Source of the DNA: a virus
Reading direction: 5' to 3' (one strand)
DNA: 64,000 nucleotides
Virus record (IMG/VR): IMGVR_UViG_3300045988_151747
Below the pieces are notes generated by a model. The model ran no database searches. It saw only the letters and a program-made list of their open reading frames with translations, and had not been told where the DNA came from. Of the stretch, positions 25,183 to 32,409 are shown piece after piece (position 1 is the stretch's first letter; each line of letters begins with the position of its first letter). A program made the position numbers and the translations under genes.

Positions 25183-25520
25183 GTAATAAGAGTGAGTAGA
25201 AAGAAAATTATTCCTATGCCGGACAGAAGCGTTACGGCATAGAAGTACACAACCTCGCTTATAGGTACGTATTTGTAGATGAACGAACAGGCACAGATTC
25301 CTAGCAGGCATCCCAAGTTCAGTTTGTACCAAATACACATACGTTTTGCCGTAGCCATAACATAAAGAATCATTATCACAGAAAATCCTGCATTGATTGA
25401 ACAATTATACACGAAGCTGTCTGTCAGCGAACCATTCAAGAATTTGTATCCGTGAATGTAGGCTGTTATAGTACAGATAAACGGTGCATACAACCGAACT
25501 AATCTACGCAGGACATCCAT
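25158..25520 (-). CDS. membrane protein (about 4 TM helices)
   Basis: 120-aa hydrophobic ORF. Its 3' end overlaps the convergent LuxR-type gene by 25 nt. Confidence 0.5.
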   Translation of the reverse strand: MDVLRRLVRLYAPFICTITAYIHGYKFLNGSLTDSFVYNCSINAGFSVIMILYVMATAKRMCIWYKLNLGCLLGICACSFIYKYVPISEVVYFYAVTLLSGIGIIFFLLTLITYRLFKSV

Positions 25521-25590
25521 AGGCTTAAAAATGACTTTATTGCTTTGACCGATGCAAATATAATAGATTTATCCGAATAGGCACAAAAAA

Positions 25591-25614
25591 AGAGGAACTT
25601 TCTCAAGCTCCTCT
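25591..25614 (-). terminator. rho-independent terminator (strong)
   Basis: AGAGGA.CTT / AAG.TCCTCT stem with a TCTC loop, followed on the minus strand by TTTTTTGTG. Confidence 0.7.
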
Positions 25615-25663
25615 TTCAAAAACCAATTAAATTACAATCATTTATTGCACAAACAAACAAGTT

Positions 25664-25897
25664 TTAACCGCCAGCTCCACCGATTTCAGCCCAATCAGCC
25701 ACAGCCTTTTTGGTATCCACACGGATATAGAGTTTCTTACCAGTCAAGTCAGTGTACTGTGAACCTACTTTAAATACATGAGTGTCCGTAACCAATCTAT
25801 CGTCAACATCAGCCGGAGCACCCTTACCAATCGCAACAGCATACAAATGTGTCTTATCTGCCGGATTGAGGATTGTTAAGTTTTCAATTTTAGCCAT
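25664..25897 (-). CDS. hypothetical protein (stand-alone transcription unit)
   Basis: 77-aa ORF followed by a strong terminator and ending in GGAGG. Confidence 0.55.
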   Translation of the reverse strand: MAKIENLTILNPADKTHLYAVAIGKGAPADVDDRLVTDTHVFKVGSQYTDLTGKKLYIRVDTKKAVADWAEIGGAGG

Positions 25898-25983
25898 TTT
25901 GTTAAACTTTTAAATATTACACATTTTTGAAACGTCAACTACGAAATTCTGTTCCGTTTCAAAGATACAAATAATATTCTTAA

Positions 25984-26733
25984 TTACAAGTCTTTTGGAA
26001 TATATACTTTATTAATTTGATTCTTGAACACATCATACATACATCCCATCTTGTGTGCCTGCATATTCAATATGACAAAACTTGACAGGTTATCCTTGGA
26101 TAGGTTTTCCATAAGTTCGGCATAAGTAAGTTTTGAACCCCACATAAGTCCGGCAGCTATTTTACCTTTAAATTTCGGGTGTGCACCTATCCATTCTTTC
26201 ATTTGTTCATAGTCGGAAATATCATCTATGACAAATTTAAGATAATCGTGTTCATCCATAAGCACCCAGTTTTCCGAGCGCATTTTTGTAGTTTCTCCTG
26301 TACTGCCTAGTTTATAGTCAACCACAAAAGATATACGATTTACGTACTCTCCGCCCATGTCACCATAGTAATTTCTGAAAGGAACATAATTGGCTAGGGA
26401 AACAGACCCGTTAGTTTCTACCACGATAAGAAAGTTAGCTTGAATGAGGTCTGTAATCAACTTAGGAATATCTGGGCGCTTCAACAATGGTTCACCACCT
26501 GTAAGGCAAATGATGTTATGCCCTATATCATGGCACGTGGCTAGTATTTCGTCAAGTCCCATTTCGGTTCCACTACTCATTTCCAATGCCTCCGGAGTAT
26601 CACAAAGAACTCCTTTGGTTGATTTGTAACATCTCAAGTTACATCCTGATAAACGGATAAAAGTACATGGCATACCGATTCCGAATCGGTTTACCTCACC
26701 CATATAGCCGGGATAGATGCTGTTTATTTTCAT
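25984..26733 (-). CDS. queE: 7-carboxy-7-deazaguanine synthase QueE (radical SAM)
   Basis: PCTFIRLSGCNLRCYKSTKGVLCDTPEA (Cys cluster followed by CDT) and LTGGEPLL match QueE-type radical SAM enzymes. 249 aa. Confidence 0.85.
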   Translation of the reverse strand: MKINSIYPGYMGEVNRFGIGMPCTFIRLSGCNLRCYKSTKGVLCDTPEALEMSSGTEMGLDEILATCHDIGHNIICLTGGEPLLKRPDIPKLITDLIQANFLIVVETNGSVSLANYVPFRNYYGDMGGEYVNRISFVVDYKLGSTGETTKMRSENWVLMDEHDYLKFVIDDISDYEQMKEWIGAHPKFKGKIAAGLMWGSKLTYAELMENLSKDNLSSFVILNMQAHKMGCMYDVFKNQINKVYIPKDL

Positions 26734-26744
26734 ATTGGTTATAT

Positions 26745-27200
26745 TTAGAATGATAAGACAAATAATTTTTCCGAGCGGTTAAGATAAGGGGAAAACATTT
26801 CTCTCTTACTTTTGTAGATGCCGCAAAAGTACCCTATGGCATTTACAATCGTATCACGGAGTTTAGGTTTCTCACTACGCAAAAGGTCTATAAGCCTTTC
26901 GGCACGTTCCTCGGTAGGAGTATCCAAGTAGTCGTTTATACGTTCATAGTATCTTCCCAGCGTGATATTACCCCTTACCATAGGGTAGTAAGTCTGATGT
27001 CGGTAATAGTTAGCCATTTCCCCTAATAGGGAAATACATATAACACCTCCGGCAAGTTCAGCCAGACGTGTGTTTTCTACAATCTTGTTTTTAGTTCCGG
27101 TCAAGGATTTCAAAGGCTTTTCACAACCTTTGGGAACTCTAAATTCAATAGAACTCCCCACTAAGTAGCGGAAGAGTTCTTGGGTACGTTTGTTCTCCAT
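26745..27200 (-). CDS. hypothetical protein inside the deazaguanine gene cluster
   Basis: 151-aa ORF between queE and dpdA. No motif recognised. Confidence 0.5.
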   Translation of the reverse strand: MENKRTQELFRYLVGSSIEFRVPKGCEKPLKSLTGTKNKIVENTRLAELAGGVICISLLGEMANYYRHQTYYPMVRGNITLGRYYERINDYLDTPTEERAERLIDLLRSEKPKLRDTIVNAIGYFCGIYKSKREMFSPYLNRSEKLFVLSF

Positions 27201-27255
27201 AACTGTCTAGGTTTCTTATGATATTTTGTAGAATGTAGTCTGCGTTTCGGTTTTC

Positions 27256-28014
27256 TCATTGCCGTTTTCTTTTACGTGAAACTTTTTCGGTTTCCTTTTC
27301 CTCCACTATTTCCTCCACATCAACTATATCCTCACGTGAGGACGGTTTTGCCGGAATGGATATGGTGGACGGTTGTTCTATTTCCTTGGGAGCACCTCCG
27401 AATATTTTGGATAAGATACCACCGCCGGCAGAAGTGGCAGCACCCCCAGCAGCACCTTTAGCCTCGATATTTACCGATATTCGTTCTCTTCCCAGTTCGG
27501 CTTTAGCAGCCATCAAATCATTAAGGCGGTCAATCTCTCCGGAAAGTCCGGCATCAGCGACACCACCGTCAACCTTTTCAATAACAGAACCTCTTCTTAC
27601 TCTTTCATACTGGATGTCAATAAGGAAGTCCATCATATCGGCAGGTGTGGCAGGTTTCTTGTCACCCCAGTCTATACCACAGGCAAAATCCTTTCTGTAC
27701 ATAGGACACTTGTCATAAATGTAGCAGGAATTGCAGTTCATTCCTACGCCTATAATCTCATTTACAGATACCTTGTCACGGGTATTGACAATAAACTTGT
27801 CAAAGTCCTCACACCATATATCCATAGGGAGAGTTTTTATCCGCTTAAGATAATACTCCCGGCAGTCAAGAAGATTATCCTCGGTTTTTCTACAAGTCAT
27901 GCAGTCGGGATAACCCCCTTTTTCAAAGAAAGGACACAAATGTCTTTTCAACAAATCAGCATCCTCCGTACCACGAACAGCCTCGATTCTTTTTTCAATT
28001 GTATCAGTTGCCAT
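27256..28014 (-). CDS. cysteine-rich hypothetical protein inside the deazaguanine gene cluster
   Basis: 252 aa. Contains CPFFEKGGYPDCMTCRKTEDNLLDC and CNSCYIYDKCPMYRKDFAC, then a Gly/Ala-rich and acidic tail. Confidence 0.5.
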   Translation of the reverse strand: MATDTIEKRIEAVRGTEDADLLKRHLCPFFEKGGYPDCMTCRKTEDNLLDCREYYLKRIKTLPMDIWCEDFDKFIVNTRDKVSVNEIIGVGMNCNSCYIYDKCPMYRKDFACGIDWGDKKPATPADMMDFLIDIQYERVRRGSVIEKVDGGVADAGLSGEIDRLNDLMAAKAELGRERISVNIEAKGAAGGAATSAGGGILSKIFGGAPKEIEQPSTISIPAKPSSREDIVDVEEIVEEKETEKVSRKRKRQ

Positions 28015-28015
28015 A

Positions 28016-28945
28016 CTATCTTCTTGTTTTATCGTAATACAAAACAGGTTTATTCTTTAGCTTGCAGTGAGCGATTTTAAGAAATTCCCTGCGGAATCCC
28101 AACCACCCTAGCAGGTTCATGTTATTTATAGGAATACGCTTTTCACCACGTATATCTTCCATACTCAGCCCGGCATCCTCATATTTGATACGGTTAGCCT
28201 TTCTTCTGTACTTATGTTTGTAGTCAATGGTGCTGAAATTTTTCCCGTCATAGTTATAAGTAGTACCAAAACGAGTACCTCCTAACCATGTTACAGAATC
28301 CACGGAAAAGAAAGGGAATCTTTGCAACAGGTTCATTTCGGTCCAAGCAAACCCATGTACTTTTGTTCCATAGGCATTTGTAATGCGATATATCTCGGCA
28401 GCATTATCTTTCATAGTCTGGTTACATCCTACGTAGTTATGTTGCTGGCAATACTCTTTAAGCCGTAACAGACCAGTCTTGTCACCCTGTGCGTCCTGAT
28501 GCACCACATATACTACGTTTATATCCTTTTCGAGCGGTTTGAAATATTTTTCATTCCATCGGTCAACAACTTCCCTACCTACAATCATGTCCAAGTCAAG
28601 GTTTGCAGCGACAAATATAAACTTTTTATTTTCATGCAACCAAGCCACGTATTCCTCCAAATAAGGAAGCCAGTATTCTTCGGTAGTCATTTTATGCTCC
28701 ACTTTTTTACCCATAAAGGAGAAAGCTCCGGAGTCCGTCATAAATATACCACCTTCCTTATGTTGTTTCTCCAATTGCGGTGGGTAAAATTTGAGTGACT
28801 TTCTCAAGTAGAAGTAAGAAACCAACGTGTCCTTTATACCGAAATCCCGTAATGTGGTATAATCACCTACGGATGATGCGGAAAAGAACAGAGTGGCTTT
28901 TCTTTTACTCAACTCATTACCTTCTTCAAGAACTCTGCGCTCCAT
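28016..28945 (-). CDS. dpdA: DpdA-like DNA guanine transglycosylase (TGT superfamily)
   Basis: FMTDSGAFSF matches the catalytic DSGGF/DSGAF motif of the TGT/DpdA family. 309 aa. It overlaps queC by 37 nt. Confidence 0.75.
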   Translation of the reverse strand: MERRVLEEGNELSKRKATLFFSASSVGDYTTLRDFGIKDTLVSYFYLRKSLKFYPPQLEKQHKEGGIFMTDSGAFSFMGKKVEHKMTTEEYWLPYLEEYVAWLHENKKFIFVAANLDLDMIVGREVVDRWNEKYFKPLEKDINVVYVVHQDAQGDKTGLLRLKEYCQQHNYVGCNQTMKDNAAEIYRITNAYGTKVHGFAWTEMNLLQRFPFFSVDSVTWLGGTRFGTTYNYDGKNFSTIDYKHKYRRKANRIKYEDAGLSMEDIRGEKRIPINNMNLLGWLGFRREFLKIAHCKLKNKPVLYYDKTRR

Positions 28946-29535
28946 TTTTCCCTACGTAATGAAGTTATTACTTTCTGGCATTTGTCACATACTCCGCAAT
29001 TGCGCTTTTCGTTTTCCCCATCGGGGCAAAAAGTAAGATGCGAGTAATCTAGCGTACTTAGTTTCTTAGCCAGCTTTACAAACGGCACATTCATTGCCGG
29101 AGCAAGAAGTTTAATCTTATAAGATTTGGCGAACAAATATCTTGCCTCTTCATAGAAAAGATAACCACCGTCAAACCATGAACTTCCCAAATCCACAGCA
29201 CCGTATGCCACTTTCTTTATTCCCATAGCAGTAGCATAATTACCTGCCATAGAAAGAAACAAAAGATTCCGGCAGGGAATATCCACATTATGCACGTTAC
29301 CATCCTTATCACGAATAGGCTCAAACTGTAAGGGGTAAGTTACTTTGCGGAAACTCTTGACGGAATCTTTATAGACTTCAATATAATAACCTATTGCGGA
29401 CAGTTCTTTTTCAATATTGTCCTGCCCATAGTCAACATAGAACAAATGAATATCATACGATTTGGAGAGTTTATCCAGATTATACAGGCTTTCAAAACCT
29501 CCAGTAAACAGCAAAACTACTTTTTCTCTTTTCAT
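28909..29535 (-). CDS. queC: 7-cyano-7-deazaguanine synthase QueC
   Basis: N-terminal PP-loop variant VVLLFTGGFES (canonical SGGxDS) and C-terminal zinc motif C-x10-CGVCDKC. 208 aa. Confidence 0.8.
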   Translation of the reverse strand: MKREKVVLLFTGGFESLYNLDKLSKSYDIHLFYVDYGQDNIEKELSAIGYYIEVYKDSVKSFRKVTYPLQFEPIRDKDGNVHNVDIPCRNLLFLSMAGNYATAMGIKKVAYGAVDLGSSWFDGGYLFYEEARYLFAKSYKIKLLAPAMNVPFVKLAKKLSTLDYSHLTFCPDGENEKRNCGVCDKCQKVITSLRREKWSAEFLKKVMS

Positions 29536-29554
29536 AATCTTATTAAATAGAAAA

Positions 29555-29578
29555 AGCCCACTATGTAAATAGCAGGCT
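29555..29578 (-). terminator. rho-independent terminator (strand-specific)
   Basis: 10-bp stem that is complete only in the minus-strand RNA (two G-U pairs), with a 4-nt loop and a following TTTTTCTATTT. It ends 20 nt upstream of the queC ATG. Confidence 0.65.
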
Positions 29579-29601
29579 TTTTGTGAATACTTTTGGAGGG
29601 C

Positions 29602-29739
29602 TTAACGTCTACGTCCACCACGAGTAGAAGTTCTACGTCCACCGCCACCACGGGTAGCAGTTCTACGAGTAGCACCTCCACCGCCTCTACGAGCAGTACG
29701 GGCAGCGCCACCACCGCCTCCACCTCTAGTTGTTCCCAT
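29602..29739 (-). CDS. 45-aa Arg/Gly-rich peptide
   Basis: Hand-translated MGTTRGGGGGGAARTARRGGGGATRRTATRGGGGRRTSTRGGRRR. It is built from imperfect tandem DNA repeats and has its own terminator. The two ORF-track entries here are other frames of the same repeat. Confidence 0.5.
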   Translation of the reverse strand: MGTTRGGGGGGAARTARRGGGGATRRTATRGGGGRRTSTRGGRRR

Positions 29740-29851
29740 AATAGTGAAAATTTAAAAGTCCAGCAGTATTCATTTATAAAGCGATTAGCTGTAAAAACCG
29801 CTTGTGCAAATGTACTAAAAACTTTTATTCTTCCAAATAAAACCTGCGAAA

Positions 29852-30145
29852 TTATATACTTAAAAAGAATATTTTAAGTCCAATAGCAGTAGTATTCAAG
29901 GACGCATCCTGAAAAAACGGCTGGACACCTATCAATATTCCCTTTTTAGCAAAAAATTTATTGCTTATAATCGCACCCTTAATAGCTTGGTTAAGCGCAC
30001 CCGCACCAATAACTCTTATTATAATATCATTATCGGGATTGCTTTGGTAGGTAGAATAAATACTACCAGCCAATTTCTTGGCATCAGTAGATGAACTGCA
30101 TCTTAGGGTAGTGACTTTTTCTTGTACTTCATTAATTGCTTCCAT
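29852..30145 (-). CDS. SpoVS-like protein
   Basis: VIGAGALNQAIKGAIISNKFFAKKGILIGVQPFF...TTAIGLKIF aligns by eye with Bacillus SpoVS AIGAGALNQAVKAVAIARGFVAPSGVDLICIPAF...RTAIKLIV. Confidence 0.75.
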   Translation of the reverse strand: MEAINEVQEKVTTLRCSSSTDAKKLAGSIYSTYQSNPDNDIIIRVIGAGALNQAIKGAIISNKFFAKKGILIGVQPFFQDASLNTTAIGLKIFFLSI

Positions 30146-30183
30146 AATTACTACGATTTTACCCAGCGTGACTTTGAATAGTG

Positions 30184-30191
30184 CAAATATA
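30184..30191 (-). promoter_or_regulatory. -7 box TATATTTG upstream of the SpoVS-like gene
   Basis: Exact TAnnTTTG on the minus strand, 39 nt upstream of the ATG at 30145. The -33 position reads TGTG. Confidence 0.4.
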
Positions 30192-30195
30192 ACAA

Positions 30196-30603
30196 TTATT
30201 CGTCTACTTCCACAGATTCAAGTTGTATTTTTGAAATCTTATGTAAATCTTCCGGACGTATAACAAGCAGGTATCCTTTACCACCTTTTTGGCGCAAAGC
30301 GATAATGGGAATTTTTTTCTCCACTTTAGCCTTGTTCCTAATATCCTCGAACAAAGTCCATATAGCGGATTTTCCCCTAACCTTACATTCAATGTACAGT
30401 TTGGGATGAAGCGTGTCGCTGTTAGTATTATGACCGCTATTACTTCCGGACAATGGAACTCTCTTTGTACCGAAATGTTTGGCAACTTCTCTTTCAAATG
30501 ACTTCCAACAGCTCTTTGACGTTGGTTTCTTAACCACTACATTATTCTTACGGATAACTTCCTTCTTAGGTCGTAATCTCCTACCGATACTTCTTTTAGG
30601 CAT
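30196..30603 (-). CDS. PD-(D/E)xK nuclease-fold protein (Holliday-junction-resolvase-like)
   Basis: FEREVAKHFG...PLSGSNSGHNTNSDT...YIECKVR gives an E...D...ExK arrangement. The N-terminus is basic. Confidence 0.45.
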   Translation of the reverse strand: MPKRSIGRRLRPKKEVIRKNNVVVKKPTSKSCWKSFEREVAKHFGTKRVPLSGSNSGHNTNSDTLHPKLYIECKVRGKSAIWTLFEDIRNKAKVEKKIPIIALRQKGGKGYLLVIRPEDLHKISKIQLESVEVDE

Positions 30604-30833
30604 TACATTAAAACGGTTAATATTTCCACTGGAATATCTACTCTTACAAAATGTGGATTATTGCAGGCGTTCCAGTTTTCATTAGAATTTAGGTAAGGCT
30701 GATAAAGATTACACATTCCGTTTTTGTAGAACTGTGTAATCTGATATACCTTGCCTGAATATACACTTTTTATATAGCTTCCCAAAGGGAAACAGCTAGG
30801 ATTATGGGGCATAAGTCTACATATTTTCGACAC
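30603..30833 (-). CDS. hypothetical protein
   Basis: 76-aa ORF. Confidence 0.45.
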   Translation of the reverse strand: MSKICRLMPHNPSCFPLGSYIKSVYSGKVYQITQFYKNGMCNLYQPYLNSNENWNACNNPHFVRVDIPVEILTVLM

Positions 30834-31266
30834 CTCTTCGTGTCAGTTCCCTACTAAGCATTGCCAGCACATTACTGAATGATTCGAGTTTTCCCGCAAG
30901 TAGGTCACGGAATATTTCCGCTTCCAGAAGTTTCTTATTCAACTTCTCCACTTCGGGAGTTACTTTAGCGGAAGTTTTTCTTTCGGTTACAGTATCACCA
31001 CCTGCGGACAGCATCGCCTTATCACACGCTAAGTCATATTCAGACTTACATTGGGCATAAACAGCACAAGCTTCCATGTGTCTATCCTCGGTAAATTCAC
31101 GCCATGCGGAATATTTGGCAATCATGTTACCCAGTTCGGTAGAACTTGTTTCCGCTATGGTTACTGGCATTGTGGGTAAACCTCCTTTTGGAGCCTCTAC
31201 CTCGGCAAATACTTTACGGAATCTTTCTAACGGAGAAGATTCCTCTTTAGGTTTTCTTACTGGCAT
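30817..31266 (-). CDS. hypothetical protein (recombination module)
   Basis: 149-aa ORF downstream of the exonuclease gene. Confidence 0.5.
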   Translation of the reverse strand: MPVRKPKEESSPLERFRKVFAEVEAPKGGLPTMPVTIAETSSTELGNMIAKYSAWREFTEDRHMEACAVYAQCKSEYDLACDKAMLSAGGDTVTERKTSAKVTPEVEKLNKKLLEAEIFRDLLAGKLESFSNVLAMLSRELTRRGVENM

Positions 31267-31278
31267 AATTTGTGAGAT

Positions 31279-32136
31279 TTAATGTTTAAAACAATAAGTT
31301 GTATAAGGACAGCTCAAAGCAGCCTTGCAATGGGCGTCCGGACAAATTCTTGCAGGAGGAGTTTTAGTTTCCACACAGTCAATAATAGTGTTCATCTTTT
31401 CATCGGCTTTTTCCAACTCCGTTTCATTTACGGGCATGAGGAAATCCTTTATTTCGGAAGTATCCTTGTTTATGTACAGGTACAGAACTTTAGTAGCACC
31501 TAGTTCTCTAGCGTACAGGGATGCCTGAAACTCATGTTTGGCAAATGGACGGAATATCGCTTTTCTGTAAAAGAAAGAGTTCATGGTCTTTATTTCCAAA
31601 ACCACTTTCTCCCCGAATACCGATTTCTTGAATACACCATCAGCCTTACCATTTATGTAACGGTCTTTATTCACTACTGGAACTTCCGCCTGTTCGAGAA
31701 GTCCTATTTTATAAAGTATAGCCTGCATATATACATGATACCATGTACCCACATCGAATGTTCTTTGAAGTTCCCCCGTGATGGTGGAAACCCTAACGTC
31801 ACTGGGAGGAAGCCTACATAAGTCATAGTACATGAGCCTTGGGCATCCGTCCAATAATTGTGACGGGTGAAATACACCTTCTGCACGTTTATCCGGAGCC
31901 ATTACAGTCATATAGAAATCCATGAACTCCATAAAGAAAATATCACGGTTAAAATCTTCTGTTATACCAAGAAGTTTCTTAATCTTTCTGCGGATTCCCA
32001 AAACGGAAAATATACTGGCAGAAGTAACCCCGTTTACACAGGCAGAATTTATCTTATCAGAAATTGATAAAGGTTTCTCATCGGAAGAACCTTTTATAGT
32101 TTTACGGAGTAACCTCCCTATACCACCTCTAGTCAT
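31279..32136 (-). CDS. PD-(D/E)XK exonuclease, Cas4/RecB-like
   Basis: GKADGVF...VVLEIKT (D...EIK), QASLYA (QxxxY), and C-terminal cysteines CPDAHCKAALSCPYTTYC. Confidence 0.7.
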   Translation of the reverse strand: MTRGGIGRLLRKTIKGSSDEKPLSISDKINSACVNGVTSASIFSVLGIRRKIKKLLGITEDFNRDIFFMEFMDFYMTVMAPDKRAEGVFHPSQLLDGCPRLMYYDLCRLPPSDVRVSTITGELQRTFDVGTWYHVYMQAILYKIGLLEQAEVPVVNKDRYINGKADGVFKKSVFGEKVVLEIKTMNSFFYRKAIFRPFAKHEFQASLYARELGATKVLYLYINKDTSEIKDFLMPVNETELEKADEKMNTIIDCVETKTPPARICPDAHCKAALSCPYTTYCFKH

Positions 32137-32157
32137 TTTTATTTAAGTTAAAAGGAA

Positions 32158-32184
32158 AGGAGCAGCCATTTCTGAACTGCTCCT
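32158..32184 (-). terminator. rho-independent terminator after the tRNA
   Basis: AGGAGCAG / CTGCTCCT 8-bp stem with an 11-nt loop, followed on the minus strand by TTCCTTTT. Confidence 0.6.
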
Positions 32185-32219
32185 AACACGGAATGGAAAA
32201 TTACAAATATCAGAGAGTC

Positions 32220-32296
32220 TGGTGATTCCAAAGTGGCTCGAACACTTGACCCACGCCTTAAAAGGGCGTTGCTCTATCCAACTGAGCTATGGAACC
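32220..32296 (-). tRNA. tRNA-Lys (anticodon UUU) with encoded CCA
   Basis: The manual cloverleaf folds cleanly. Acceptor GGTTCCA / TGGAATC; D arm GCTC-AGTTGGATA-GAGC; anticodon arm ACGCC-CTTTTAA-GGCGT; T arm AAGTG-TTCGAGC-CACTT; ending ACCA. Confidence 0.9.
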
Positions 32297-32371
32297 AAGT
32301 GGAACAGCATCGGCAATCTCACAAATCCAACGCTGTTCCTAGAACATCATTTAACCTCCGATTTGATGTTT

Positions 32372-32402
32372 CAAAGATAACAAATATTTTTTAGTTTCCA
32401 AA
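32372..32402 (-). promoter_or_regulatory. Bacteroidota-type promoter (TTTG-N19-TATCTTTG) driving the tRNA
   Basis: Minus strand: TTTG at 32402-32399, TATCTTTG at 32379-32372. It lies between the vWA gene stop and the tRNA. Confidence 0.55.
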
Positions 32403-32409
32403 ATGCTGT

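Noticed and set aside
29532-29877. ORF-track entries 29532-29723 (minus) and 29593-29877 (plus) across the Arg/Gly repeat
   Set aside because: Both are alternative frames or the opposite strand of the same GC-rich tandem repeat, giving poly-Val/Leu/Glu or poly-Ser/Thr. The minus frame starting at 29739 has an ATG, a defined stop and a terminator, so it is the preferred reading.
32297-32345. Second tRNA or tRNA fragment upstream of tRNA-Lys
   Set aside because: Only a single 8-bp stem with a 23-nt loop (32301-32339) can be drawn, with no cloverleaf, T-loop or anticodon arm. It is interpreted as a leader hairpin.
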